Source of the DNA: Naegleria gruberi
Lineage: Eukaryota
Assembly (NCBI GenBank): GCA_000004985.1
Contig: GG738860.1
Length of the DNA stretch: 64,000 bases
Strand: one strand, 5' to 3'
Shown: one piece after another, positions 33,773 to 47,634 of the stretch
Position numbering within the stretch: the first letter of the stretch is position 1
Layout: each line of letters opens with the position of its first letter
Made by a program: the position numbers and the translations under genes
Notes under the pieces: generated by a model
Database searches by the model: none
Told to the model about the DNA's origin: nothing
The model's input: only the letters and a program-made list of their open reading frames with translations

Positions 33773-34741
33773 TTATTTATTATTGAAAAGTTTGGTTGCT
33801 TCATCTCTGTTTGGGAAATTTTCTGCTACAATACTTTCCAAAACATTAATCGAAACTAGGTCAGCACCACTTCCCAATACTTCTGTTCTAATTCCAACAC
33901 TGGCTTCATCGTAAAGGCCATCCATTGGTTTATGTCCAAATTCAACAACAGAGAATGGAGATTCTTTCAAATCAGGATATGTATTTGTTAGCTTGACTGG
34001 ATCCTTTTCATAATCATATGTATTCCATTTAGATTGATCAAAGTCAGGATATCTCAATTCTGGATCATTCAAGATGCTTTGACGTTCTAATTCTTGAAGT
34101 TCAGCAAATGCAGAAGAAAAACTTGGGGTAATATTCTGATTTGTTTGTTTAGGTATTGATTTAACTCCAATATTCCTTAACAAGATATTTGATCCTATTC
34201 CTGCTGTTGATGTGGTACCTGTTGGAATCGTTGAATTGATATTTCCTTGTTGAATATTGATTGTTGGTGTTTGTGTTACATTATTTACAATAGTATTATG
34301 ATTAACTTGAGTAAATTCTTGAACTGTGCCATTAACTTGGTCAGTATTAATTGGAGTATTATCAATTATATTAGTATTCATTTGAGATGTTTGATTTAAT
34401 TCCTGTTGATTATTTTGAACTATATTTTGATTTAATTTTTGAAAATGTTGTTCCATCTCCGATTTACTTTGAAGTCCATTTGTAATTGATCTTAAATTAA
34501 GTCCCTTTCTAATTTCTCCTCTAACAGAAGAAACTTCGCTCATCATAAAATCAAACTCTTTTTTCATTTGTAATAATTCCGAATCTTTAGATTTTGCCAA
34601 TGAAGATTTAGCTTCCATCACCAATTTTAAACTCTTTCCACAAAATCTTCCCAACACTCGTGAATATTTGGGTATTTCCTGAGGTTTAAATAATAAAGTT
34701 CCCAACCCGAGCAAAACAACACCTCCCACCAAAGAAACCAT
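33773..34741 (-). CDS. Single-pass membrane protein with TatA/TatB-like N-terminal signature and long N/Q/T-rich tail (tentative)
   Basis: N-terminus MVSLVGGVVLLGLGTLLFKPQEIPKYSRVLGRFCGKSLKLVMEAKSS has a TM helix, an F-x-P-x-x-I-P hinge, then an amphipathic basic helix containing LG and KxxK. This mirrors TatA/B LLFG(P/T)KKLPxxxxxLGxxIKxFKKA. The remaining 250 aa are low complexity. Confidence 0.45.
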   Translation of the reverse strand: MVSLVGGVVLLGLGTLLFKPQEIPKYSRVLGRFCGKSLKLVMEAKSSLAKSKDSELLQMKKEFDFMMSEVSSVRGEIRKGLNLRSITNGLQSKSEMEQHFQKLNQNIVQNNQQELNQTSQMNTNIIDNTPINTDQVNGTVQEFTQVNHNTIVNNVTQTPTINIQQGNINSTIPTGTTSTAGIGSNILLRNIGVKSIPKQTNQNITPSFSSAFAELQELERQSILNDPELRYPDFDQSKWNTYDYEKDPVKLTNTYPDLKESPFSVVEFGHKPMDGLYDEASVGIRTEVLGSGADLVSINVLESIVAENFPNRDEATKLFNNK

Positions 34742-34776
34742 TTTTCAAATTTTTTTTACAATTAAAATTAAAAAAA

Positions 34777-35111
34777 ATGTCCACAATCGAAGCCCTCGAA
34801 CAAAAAGCCACCGAATACGAAAATCAAATTAAACAACTCCAACAACAAATTAAATCTCTGACCGGAGCTAGTAATAAGGATGTTCTTGAAGAGTTAAATA
34901 AGATCCGTCAAACAGTTGTTGAAGAAAAGAAGGAATATGAAGACATTTTATTAAAGAAGGATCAGGTAAGAAGAATATGATTTAAATCAAAGTAATTTAA
35001 ATTGGAATTTAATCGGATTTATTTTAATAATAGGAAATTGAGGAACTTAAAAAGACTATTGAAAAGAAGGATTATCGTATTGATATTTTGAAGAGATATG
35101 TCCAACAATAA
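34777..35111 (+). CDS. Small (about 89 aa) coiled-coil protein
   Basis: Two exons join(34777..34965,35034..35111); 68-nt intron GTAAGA...AATAATAG, phase 0. MSTIEALEQKATEYENQIKQLQQQIKSLTG...EIEELKKTIEKKDYRIDILKRYVQQ. Confidence 0.4.
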
Positions 35112-35209
35112 ATTTAACAATTATTTATTATTACTCGTGATGATCATCAGTTTTTAACAAATTCAAATAGCTTTATGAAAATGAATAGATAATTGTTGAA
35201 ATTGTGACA

Positions 35210-38200
35210 TTATTTAAAGGTTTGAGATAGTAATGAACTTGAAAGATGGGAAAGTAATTCTTGTAAGTTTCTTTTCATGAATTCGATATCATTTTCTAAT
35301 TCTGTAGAGTATTCTTTCTTTTTACGTAATATATTCTGTAGAGAAGATTTCAAGCTAGTTCCATTTTCAATTGACTTGGTTAATGAATTGATTATTCTCA
35401 CTTTTGAAAGTGATGGTTGTAAAAATTCCTGCAACTTTTCTCCATCCTCACAAATGGCAAGTACTGAATGGTTGAAATCTTCGTCCTCTATTGTTGGGAT
35501 TGAATCGAATATATCATCTAAGGAATCCAATGAAGAGAGTTGAAAGATTGTTTCACTTGGTTTTACAAGTTTTGTTGAATCTTCCACTTGCAAAATCTTT
35601 TGGATTTCCAAGATGATGTTTTCATTGGTCTGGGCTAGCTCTTTGATTTTGTTGGTGTTTGTAATTTCCTCATCCAATGCTGAAGCTAAATAATATGAAA
35701 TATCTGTCTTTTCCTTCAGTTGAAGCATGTAAACTTCTAGCTCACCAATAAGACTTTCATTATCTTCCTTCACCTCCATCAAATCACATGAAAGTGTATC
35801 GAAAAGACTGCGTATATCCATGTATTCCAGTGAGCAAATCCTCAACTTTTCTTTCAGATCATCAATGATGGCCTTAGATTTTAAAACTTCCTCTCTTTCT
35901 CTATTGTAATATGCCTCCATTTGTTTATAGTTGTCCTCGTACGTTTCACAGACAGTGTGAAGAGAATCAAACTTCATTTTTAAACTGGAGAGCTCTGAAT
36001 CTTTGATTGATACCTGTGCATTAAGAGTTAAAACTTTATCACTCAATTCCTTCAACTCTTTCTGTTTAGATTCTTCTTGACCTTTTTGTTTACTGTAACT
36101 TTGCGAAAGTTGAGCGTACAATTCTCCTCTCAAAACTTCTTTTTCTCCACAAATCTTAAAAATATTAGTTACACAGCTATTCCAAAAAACTTACCTGTTC
36201 TAAAAAGTCAAGAACTGACTTGGATGTTCGTTTTAACTGCAAGAAAATGTCTTCTACGAACCCTGATGAGCTTCCTTGAGGAGGATCAACTTGGAATTTT
36301 TTAAGTTCATTACTCATTTCCAAGACAATACTATCCATGCCATTTTTAAGGTTTGATATCAAGGTTTTCAAGCTCAATAGTTCCTCTAACTGTTTGAGAT
36401 TTTCTGATTCGACTTGAGAAAGTTGCTCTGTAACTGTTGTGAAACCTGTTTGAATTCTATTCTTTTCATCAATGGCCGTTTCTTTCTCCCATCTCTCTTG
36501 ACTAAGTTTTAATTCTGCGCTGCTTAGCTTCTTTTCCAACCCCCTTATTTCATTATTCTTAGTATTCATTTCATGTTGGAGTTTATCTTTTGTTTCTTCT
36601 AGCTTTTCTATTCTCGATTGAAGAAATGCTTCGTTGTTATGTTGATTTTCCTTATTCGATAGAGTTTGAATTTGCTTGTTGAGAGAGCTAATCTGTTGCA
36701 TCATTTCTAATTTTTCAGTGTCCTTTGATTTAGTTTCTAGTTTCTCTTTCAAGTCTGCATTCTTGACCTCCAAGCTAATTACTTGTAACCTTGATTTTTC
36801 CAATTCCAACTTGAGATATTCATTTTCTTTTAGTCTCTGATTGTTGTTCTTTGAATCTATTTGCAGTTTATAGGTAGCATCCAGTATATTCTTAAGATTT
36901 TCCAACATTCTTTCACTGTAATTTTTACCAAGCACTGACAATATATCCTTAACAACAGCAGAGGTATTTGACAAATGCTGTTTCAAATGATTGCTCTTCT
37001 TGCTACACAACCCCATTTTCTTTTCACATTTAGAAAGTTTTTCACCAAGCAACGATATGGTTTGGTCCATAGAGAAATAGAAGTCTTGACTCGTTGACTC
37101 TAATTCTTCAAAACTGTCCGGATTGTAATTCTTTGCCTCTTGCTCTATTTCTTTATCGAACTGATCAAAATCCAAGTCATCGTGCATCTCTAGGTTTAAA
37201 GCTTCCTCTAACATCTTACTTGCTTCATCTTCCTTATCTTGTAGGGAATAAATCTTATCCAGTGATTTTGTAAAGGAGCCATCTTCTGTTTCGTTAGTTG
37301 AGTTGTGTACAAAAATTTTCTGTAAGGAAGTTCGCACGTTTTTTTCATTTTCTGATTGTATTTGCGGATTGTTATTTGAGAATGTTTCATATTTCTTCAT
37401 TAGAATAGTTAGAATAAAAGTTAGTTCCTGCTTTTGCTTGTTCCATTCCTTAATTTGCAAGTTGAGTAAAAGCAGAGAGTGATTAATCTCAGTCATATCA
37501 CCACTATAATACACGAGGGAGTTGTAAATTTCTTTACTCTTTCCTAGAAGTGTTGTGAAGGCTGTATCACTCCTATTGTTTACAAGATTCATATAGCCTA
37601 CACATAGAGCTACGATAGCCTCCTTAGATTCTTCTGTGTTTCTTTCCAATTCTTTTGCTATTGTTGTCAAATGCTGACTCCTTTCTTTAAGTATTATTGC
37701 CTCCTTCTTGACATTCAATTCCAAATCCTTAATACTGTTGATCAATTGATCTTTTGAGCTTAAATTATTCGATGCTTTTCTAGAATAAATACAAACAATT
37801 GACTCGCTACTTACTTGAGAAAAATAGACTGTTGTTACAGCAACAAATTGAAGATAAAATCTGATCTGAAGGGAGAAGCTTTGTAATAATAATTGGTTCA
37901 AGTAATATTTTCCCTTTCAGATATTCTCCCCACAAATATACATCTTTAGATTTTGACGTAGCAACAGAATATTCAGATCCACAATAAACACTATCAATTA
38001 TTTGAGATCTGAAAACGTCCAAGTGAACTGGGTTAGTGCAATCAATCGAGTCTTGTTGGCATATATTTGATGGTTTCCCAAATCCATACACCAATCCATC
38101 CTCTACTAAGATTAGTATAATCATTGTGAAATAAATACTTACCAGTCAACACAAGAGAAAAATGAGATCCACAAGAAGAATTCTCAATCTTCTTTTTCAT

Positions 38201-39007
38201 TAGTTTGGTCACTGGAGAAGCATAATATCTATCGATTTGATCACCTGTACCTAGTTGTCCATAATTATTTCGTCCAAATGAAAAAACTCTTCCATCATCC
38301 GTGCAGCAGACTGTATGTTCATCGCCCACGGATACATGTTTGATGGTAAACTTTGAAAGTGTTTGAATGAAATATGGTTTTTCAGAGTAGCTCACTGTTT
38401 CACTTGTATCCTCATTGCTTTTTTGTGAATTGTCCACAATATTTGAATAATGGTCATGTCCCAAACATCCATAAAAGTTAAATCCCCAAGAAAAACATTT
38501 TCCGTCATCTGTTAGAACTACACCATGTCTTTTACCCAAAATAATATCCTTCACAACTATGTCTTGTGTGATTTTACCCTCACTGAAATAAAAGTGATCC
38601 AAGTGATGAAGTTTGAATTGAGATTCGAATGATTTCTTTACCTCTTTAGCTACCACTTTATCACCATTCGATTCATCATGAATTATAATTTGTCTGAATA
38701 AATTTAAACCATCCTCGGCAGTGAGTTTTAAAACTTTTCCATCTCCACTTAGCAATATTATGGCCGAATCTCCATTTTCCTCAATACTTGAAATATCAGC
38801 CTTTTTAATGTAATATGAATCAAGTTGAGACAAGCCTTTGATGACTTCATAGCTCAAATCAGACTTGAAAACCATACCATCCTCCGTTATTATTATTCCA
38901 AAATCTTCATCTCTTTCAGTTATACTAGATATCGAATTATTTTGTAGTATTTGATTATTATTCGAAACAACTTCCGAGCACCAAACCCTTTCGATGTTGG
39001 CATTCAA
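35210..39007 (-). CDS. RCC1-repeat (beta-propeller) N-terminal domain fused to a long coiled-coil C-terminal region (about 1215 aa)
   Basis: Four exons complement(join(35210..36154,36195..37750,37815..38105,38143..39007)); introns 40, 64 and 37 nt, all with GTAAGT donors. RCC1 motifs: WGFNFYGCLGH, FGRNNYGQLGTGD, VYGFGK, DVYLWGE. C-terminal 830 aa are heptad-rich (LQ..L..L), typical coiled coil. Confidence 0.65.
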
Positions 39008-39186
39008 TTCTGCAAAGTGTTACCACGTTACTCCGAAGAATGTCTGCAAAGAAACTTACTATACCAATTTCTCTCTAAAATAGCATTGTTTTGTATTGAA
39101 TGTTGAGATGACAGATTAGTTTGGTTGTTGATCATTTTTTTGTGTTTTTAAAAAAAGCCTTAAGAATTGAACATTGAATATTGCCT

Positions 39187-41280
39187 TTATACAACAATTT
39201 TGATTGCCTCTTTTAATAAGAGTGAAATTAGCCTACTATTTGATTCTCCTGTTGACTTGAATTGTTCCAATAGACTTTCGTCCAAAGTGACTGATTTCAA
39301 ATCCACCGTTTGTAAGAAAATGTGAAGAGAGAGTAATAGAGGAGGATTATTATCAAAGAAAGCCTCTGATAAACATCTCAAACTTGATAGAGGAGATAGA
39401 TCAAATATAAAATTTGACCCACATGACAACTCTATCAAATTAAAATCCATAATGCATGTTAGATCCGTTATGTAATTGTCGTTCATTCTTAGAGATTTTA
39501 GTAATTTCTTGAAATTAGCATTTTCTAAAGGTTGAATCATTTCATCCGTGAGACAATTACCTGAGATATCTAGCTCTTCCAAGCAGTTCAAGTGGCAAAG
39601 GGATTCTATATTTACATCGATTTGGTTATAACTCAAATTTAGGTAAACTATAGAGTTATAAACAGAAGTTGGCATTCTTAGGGATTTCAATAAATTAAAT
39701 GATAAATTTACAACCTCCACATGAGGTGGAAGATATTGGAGATTTGTGATTCTATTTCTAGATAAATAGATTTCTTTCAAATCCGCCAGTTTGGATATTG
39801 GATAGATGCTAGACAAGTGACTACCTTGAATTGTTAATTTTTGGAGTGATTTACACTTGTCTAAACCATAGAGTGTAGTAATTGGTTGAGCATTTTCTGT
39901 AGATTCTTCTTCCTTGCTTGAAATGTATTCCAAGGAAGAAATTTGAGAGATATCTTGAGATTCGGCCATTCCAATTTGTTCTTGAACAATTTTATCCAAT
40001 AAATCATCCTTGATAACTCTATCTGAAACAGGTATTTGATGAGGCTCTGTTGCTGGAGATGGATATTCGTACGTAATATGATTATAGCTTGAAGTAATTT
40101 CACTGAAGTATGGATCAATATTGGAAGGATCAGTTTCAAGTTGAATTCTCTTTCTATTATAACTCATTTCAAAAGATTTGTGGATGCTTGGTTGGGCATA
40201 TATTGGCATAAACCTTTCTTTTGGAGAGCCTCTTTCCTCGTATGTTATAGAGCTATCCTCTGCTAATTCCTTTGATTTCAAATCGTCAATTATTTCACCC
40301 AAGTCTGGAGTTGGTTTTTCCTCAACCACTGGTTCTTTTTTAGAACTTTTAACTATTCTGGAAGGAGTTTTCTTTGGCTCTGCTTTTTCTTTTGTCTTTG
40401 GGGTTTTTGTAACTTGAGAAGTTTTTGGTGTTTGAGTTTTTGGAGTTTTTGGAGTTTTTTGTTTTGAATTCTTAGTAGGAGTTACAATAAGATGAGATAT
40501 GTCAACTTCAGCACCTTCTTGACTCATTCTCGATAACACAAGAGTCTTTTTGATTTGATCCAAGTATCTAGCTAAAATCTTTTGCTTATTATCGTAAGCA
40601 CGAATGTTATATACAACTTTGAGATAATGTCTCAATTCAGCCAAAGTCCACGAATCTGGATCATCAATCTCAAAGGCTCGTTCTCTCTTTCCTTGTGACT
40701 TTTTTGATGGTGTGTAACCATTGGAAAACACTTGTTCAGGAGTTTTCAAAACACCTTTTTTTGGTGTTAACAGTACTGGAGCTATCGTACTATCAGAATT
40801 CTCAGTAGCAGATTCTTGAACCTGAGATTGTTCAACAAACGAATCCAAAATTCTATTCATGACAGCTTTTCTATTACCCTTTATAGACAATCCTCTTCTT
40901 TTGGCTTCTTTTTGTATTACGGAAATGTCCAGTTTTGAAACAACCTCCTTGTTAGACCAATCTATGTCATCACGATCAAATTCTTCATCATCCAAATATT
41001 CCTCATCATCCTCAAATTCGTTATCACTCGATTTTTGTTGATCATTTTCTCCATCCTCATCTTGAACAATAGGATCATCGGAAGGTTCTTCATCTCTTTT
41101 GACTTTTTTACTTGTTCTTTCATCCGAATCTTCATTGTTTTTTAACAAATCCTCATCTTCCTCTCCGTCAGATAATGTAGATTTGCTCTCCAAAGCTGCT
41201 GATTCTGCGTCTCTCTTGGAGGGTGTTGTTTTCTTCTTTTGTTTGCTTGCTGATGATTGCCGCTTCTTTTTCGTTGGCAT
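39187..41280 (-). CDS. Leucine-rich-repeat protein with acidic N-terminus and SAP-like motif
   Basis: Single 697-aa ORF. C-terminal LRRs: LQKLTIQGSHLSSIYPISKLADLKEIYLSRNRITNLQYLP, LNCLEELDISGNCLTDEMIQPL and related. SAP-like IQKEAKRRGLSIKGNRKAVMNRILDSF. N-terminus K/D/E-rich. Confidence 0.6.
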   Translation of the reverse strand: MPTKKKRQSSASKQKKKTTPSKRDAESAALESKSTLSDGEEDEDLLKNNEDSDERTSKKVKRDEEPSDDPIVQDEDGENDQQKSSDNEFEDDEEYLDDEEFDRDDIDWSNKEVVSKLDISVIQKEAKRRGLSIKGNRKAVMNRILDSFVEQSQVQESATENSDSTIAPVLLTPKKGVLKTPEQVFSNGYTPSKKSQGKRERAFEIDDPDSWTLAELRHYLKVVYNIRAYDNKQKILARYLDQIKKTLVLSRMSQEGAEVDISHLIVTPTKNSKQKTPKTPKTQTPKTSQVTKTPKTKEKAEPKKTPSRIVKSSKKEPVVEEKPTPDLGEIIDDLKSKELAEDSSITYEERGSPKERFMPIYAQPSIHKSFEMSYNRKRIQLETDPSNIDPYFSEITSSYNHITYEYPSPATEPHQIPVSDRVIKDDLLDKIVQEQIGMAESQDISQISSLEYISSKEEESTENAQPITTLYGLDKCKSLQKLTIQGSHLSSIYPISKLADLKEIYLSRNRITNLQYLPPHVEVVNLSFNLLKSLRMPTSVYNSIVYLNLSYNQIDVNIESLCHLNCLEELDISGNCLTDEMIQPLENANFKKLLKSLRMNDNYITDLTCIMDFNLIELSCGSNFIFDLSPLSSLRCLSEAFFDNNPPLLLSLHIFLQTVDLKSVTLDESLLEQFKSTGESNSRLISLLLKEAIKIVV

Positions 41281-41484
41281 ATTTTTTGATGTTTTTATCG
41301 GAGACAGACGTTACACAAATTAATAGTGCTTTGATAATGAAGAATAATGCAATATGCTATCAAATCTGGTATCTTTTAAAGAACGCTTGCTAAATAAACA
41401 AAATAATAATTTTTAAATTTGTTATTGATTGAAAATTGGCTTGCATCTAAATAATTAAATAAATTGGAAAAAGAAATAAAAAAA

Positions 41485-41891
41485 ATGAACAGGTTGTGTG
41501 CCCGATTTGCTACCCTCTCTATGAGGCGTGCACAACCAGTCTGTTCTTTCCGCAACAGTTTTTCAAGTCTAGGAATGATGAACCCAACCATATTAAATGT
41601 TATTAAACCGGTTCAATCACCATCAAGTTTAGTTATAAATTCACCAAGTCAACAATTGTCCTTAATTTTGGAAGGTATGTAGATGATGGAAAAACAAATT
41701 AATTTAGGAATGATTAAAATCCATTGGATAATATTATAGCTGCTCCTAAGAAGACAGTGCGTCCAATAATTATCGACGAATTCAAGATGGACAGTGTAAA
41801 AAGGAAAAGACATAGAAAGATGAAGAAACACAAGTACAGAAAAAGATTGAAGAAGACTAGAAGTTTGCGAAAGAGATTGGGTAAGAGATAA
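41485..41891 (+). CDS. Mitochondrial ribosomal protein mS38 (AURKAIP1/Cox24 family)
   Basis: Two exons join(41485..41674,41740..41891); 65-nt intron GTATGT...TTATAG, phase 1. N-terminal presequence-like MNRLCARFATLSMRRAQPV. Diagnostic basic C-terminus FKMDSVKRKRHRKMKKHKYRKRLKKTRSLRKRL (compare mS38 MDSVLRKRRKKMKKHKLRKLRKRTRAERRKL). Confidence 0.6.
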
Positions 41892-41943
41892 AATTCCCGA
41901 TATCGTTTTTCACATATTCCAACAAGGGTACATAAAACACCTG

Positions 41944-43917
41944 TTATTGTTTATTAATTAAATGTCCTCTCTTTTCCATATATCTATTATAGACATCAAG
42001 GAATATTTCTCTGCATTCAATTGCAACATCCAATTTGTTACACAACAAAAAGGCACCAGATAACTTTCTGTGGAGAGAATAAGTTACTGGAGGTGGAGCT
42101 GTTAATCTTTGTTTTAACATGGTTGGAATGATTTTAGTAACTCTTTCTGGAATAGCCTTACTTCTGAAATCATAAATGCCTTCACATGCAAATGGTTCAC
42201 CAATATGCATGGCAGCTGTTGCATGAGCTTCATTCATTTCCTTGGATTCTTGTCCAGTGAGGAAACCCATCTTTCTTGAAGCATCAATTACTGTCTCAAA
42301 ATCTTTAGTGGCACTTGCATGGACAACACGCAAGTATTGGTCAACAAATTCTTGAGGGAATTCCAAACATGCTCCAAAATCTAACAAGTGCAAAGTGTCA
42401 GTCTTTGGATCATAGAAAAAGTTAGCCCAGTTTGGATCCGTTTGCATAAATCTGAATTCAAACAATTCCTTTAAACATAATTTGAGAATCAATTTAGCGA
42501 CTCTATTTCTGACTTCAATTGGATATTCTTCCTTGATTTGTTCGATTGTTTTACCATACTTAATTAATTCTGTACACAAAACTCTTCTTGTAGTGAATTC
42601 ATCAAAAACTTCAGGTACACTATATGAAGTCATTGGAACATCAGTTACATAACCTCTATTCTTTTCAGCGATAGCATCATCTTGAATTAATTTTCTAAAC
42701 ATCTTTTGAGATTTAGCTTCACGAACATAGTCACATTCTTGTGTCAACTCTTTTCTAGCTTGTTCCATGGTTTGTCCCAAGAATGCACCACGAGGAACGA
42801 GATTTGTATATTTGATAATTCTTTCTACATTTCTAATATCACTTTCAATAGAGTCAGCAACTCCAGGATATTGAACCTTGATTGCAACTTCTTTACCATT
42901 TGCAAGAACACCCTTGTGAACTTGACCTATCGAGGCAGCTGCAATTGGTTTAGTATCAAAATGTTTGAATCCACTCTTCCATGCTTCTCCAAATTCTGCA
43001 GACATGGCTTGCTCCAATTGCCAGGTTGGCATGACATTAGCAGAGTGTCTGACCTTTTCCAAAGCCTTTTGAATGACTGGAGGAACAGTTGACTCATCTT
43101 GAATGGACATAATTTGACCAATCTTTAAGGCAGCTCCTCTCATTTTACAGAGAGTATCGGCAAGAATCTCTGCATTCTTTTCTGTTAAAACATCAGTCAC
43201 AGAAATGTTCTTTTTTTCAGAATCAGATGTTTGAGAGGTTTCAGTTGCTTCAGGTTTCTTTGAAAAGTATTGTTCCTTAGCAGTATTGACTCCCAGTTTG
43301 ATACCCAAAGCAGCAAATTGAATAGCTCTAGAAACTGAATTACTTGGAACCTTGTTTTCCTTTAAAAATGAATTGGTATGTCTCAAATGAATTTCATCAC
43401 TTTCTGTGTGTTCGGTTTCTGGCTTTTTTTCTTGTGTTGATTTAATTTCAGAGATATCCTTTTGACCATGAATAAGAGAATCGTACATCATACCATCAAA
43501 TGATTCATCTTTCTTGGATTCAATTTTTTGGGTGACAATTTTTGGTGTCTCCGATTTAACTTCTTGTGAACTAGTTGTTGTTGCACTTGTAGTAGTAGTA
43601 TTATTGGTATTCATTGAATTATTTCCATAACTATCAAAGAAAATTTGAACATTATTTTGATTGCTATCATCTTGATCTTGATTAATCCTAATAACATTTT
43701 CTCCATCAATTTTTTCAATTGTAGAAACAGTCTTATCTAGTACAACATTTGGACTATTTTGAATAGTTTTAATATTATAGGCAAATTGTTGAATAGGTGA
43801 TTGTGGATAGTAAGTACAAGCAGAGGTAGCCTTTCGGAGGTGAGCGGAACTCTTCTTTGTGGAGGCTAACACTACCATCCCAACACCTTGAGCAACACGG
43901 AGAAAATCATCAAGCAT
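41944..43917 (-). CDS. COQ8: COQ8/ADCK3-type atypical kinase (ABC1/UbiB family), coenzyme Q biosynthesis
   Basis: Single 657-aa ORF, collinear with human COQ8A through the whole kinase-like domain: AASIGQVHKGVLANGKEVAIKVQYPGVADSIESDI..., ELFEFRFMQTDPNWANFFYDPKTDTLHLLDFGA, YSLHRKLSGAFLLCNKL. Confidence 0.85.
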   Translation of the reverse strand: MLDDFLRVAQGVGMVVLASTKKSSAHLRKATSACTYYPQSPIQQFAYNIKTIQNSPNVVLDKTVSTIEKIDGENVIRINQDQDDSNQNNVQIFFDSYGNNSMNTNNTTTTSATTTSSQEVKSETPKIVTQKIESKKDESFDGMMYDSLIHGQKDISEIKSTQEKKPETEHTESDEIHLRHTNSFLKENKVPSNSVSRAIQFAALGIKLGVNTAKEQYFSKKPEATETSQTSDSEKKNISVTDVLTEKNAEILADTLCKMRGAALKIGQIMSIQDESTVPPVIQKALEKVRHSANVMPTWQLEQAMSAEFGEAWKSGFKHFDTKPIAAASIGQVHKGVLANGKEVAIKVQYPGVADSIESDIRNVERIIKYTNLVPRGAFLGQTMEQARKELTQECDYVREAKSQKMFRKLIQDDAIAEKNRGYVTDVPMTSYSVPEVFDEFTTRRVLCTELIKYGKTIEQIKEEYPIEVRNRVAKLILKLCLKELFEFRFMQTDPNWANFFYDPKTDTLHLLDFGACLEFPQEFVDQYLRVVHASATKDFETVIDASRKMGFLTGQESKEMNEAHATAAMHIGEPFACEGIYDFRSKAIPERVTKIIPTMLKQRLTAPPPVTYSLHRKLSGAFLLCNKLDVAIECREIFLDVYNRYMEKRGHLINKQ

Positions 43918-43991
43918 TTTTTTTAAACTTGAAGAATTTAAAATATTAATTTGAAATTGATTAAATTGATCTATCAGTCAACTTGAAAATT

Positions 43992-46435
<2,444 letters not shown>

Positions 46436-46757
46436 TTTTTATTGTTCAACAACAGAAAATCATGTGACTTCATCTTGTTTGTGTACTTCAACATGGATAA
46501 GAAAATGTGATGAAACAAAGATGACAAAAATCATCCAAGTAATTTTGCAAAAAGAAATTAACTCTTCATTAAATAATTGTTAACAATTATACTTTATTAT
46601 AATAATAGCTCTTCGTTCCGATAATGGGATACTTATCTAGGTTCAACAAAATAGTTGCCGCCAATTTTTTTGATTGGTGTTGTAATATTTTTAAATGTCT
46701 GCAAAGTGTTTGAACAAAAACCAGCATTAATTAACACAAAAAAAATCCACAACAACA

Positions 46758-47579
46758 ATGTCTAACATTTTCTCATTCTTCGGTCAAGAGATCAAAACTG
46801 GTGCTCCTCAAGCTTTCGAAATTCCATTCGGTGAAGTTATTCTCCACTTGTCCACCGTCTCTCTTGCTAAGGATACTCCAAAGGGAGCAATTACCAGAGT
46901 TTTTGTTCACTCAGTTGATGAAGATGACAAGGAAACGAAGGAATCTGTCTCCATTGACTTGAACTTCAGCGAAGATGTTGCCCTCTCTATTGAAACATCC
47001 GCTAATGATGATACTACTGTCCACGTTACTGGTTATATTAACTTGATTAACGAAGATGGTGAAGAAGGTGAGTATGGTGGATATTCAGTCATTGACGGCG
47101 ATAATCTTGAAGATGAAAGTGATGAAGAAGAAAAGACCAAGCTCTTGAGAAAGATGTTGGAAGAAGAAGATGACGAAGAAGATGAAGATTTCAAACCAGA
47201 TTTGAACGAATCATCTGAATCTGCAAAGCTCGAAGAATTGAGTGACGAAGATGATATTGAACCAATTGTCGGTGAAGAAGATGACGAAGATGTCGATCTT
47301 GATGAAGAACAAACTGAGGAAGTTGTTAAGAGAGTTCAAGATTTAGAAACTAGATTGGGAAGAGAAGCTAACGATGAAGAAATCAAGGGTATTGTTGAAA
47401 GAGTTCAATCTGGCATTCCTGAACCAAAGAAGGAACAAAAGCAACCACAAAAACAACAACAAAAACAACAACCAAAGCAACAACAAAAGCAACAACCAAA
47501 GGAAGATAAGAAGAGAAAGCAAGAAGAAGCTCTAGGAAATAACAAGAAGAATAAGAACAAGAAGAATAAGAAGAAATAA
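46758..47579 (+). CDS. Acidic nuclear protein with nucleoplasmin-like N-terminal domain (tentative) and Q/K-rich tail
   Basis: N-terminus MSNIFSFFGQEIKTGAPQAFEIPFGEVILHLSTVSLAKD...ITRVFVHSV resembles the NPL fold of HD2/FKBP-type nucleoplasmins (FWG.E.K.G...LHLSQA.LG). D/E tracts follow, then a (QQQKQQPK)n tail. Single exon. Confidence 0.5.
   Translation: MSNIFSFFGQEIKTGAPQAFEIPFGEVILHLSTVSLAKDTPKGAITRVFVHSVDEDDKETKESVSIDLNFSEDVALSIETSANDDTTVHVTGYINLINEDGEEGEYGGYSVIDGDNLEDESDEEEKTKLLRKMLEEEDDEEDEDFKPDLNESSESAKLEELSDEDDIEPIVGEEDDEDVDLDEEQTEEVVKRVQDLETRLGREANDEEIKGIVERVQSGIPEPKKEQKQPQKQQQKQQPKQQQKQQPKEDKKRKQEEALGNNKKNKNKKNKKK
47454..47501 (+). repeat. 24-nt tandem repeat x2 (CAACAACAAAA[A/G]CAACAACCAAAG) encoding QQQKQQPK x2
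   Basis: Direct inspection; one A/G difference between copies. Confidence 0.6.
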
Positions 47580-47634
47580 ATTAATTTTTTAATCGTAATT
47601 ATTTGAATTTTCTATTTACAAAATATTTAATATG

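Noticed and set aside
46758-47579. Nucleoplasmin-like acidic protein as a histone deacetylase HD2 homologue
   Set aside because: Only the N-terminal fold pattern is similar. No C2H2 finger or other HD2-specific features. Kept as tentative nucleoplasmin-like acidic nuclear protein.
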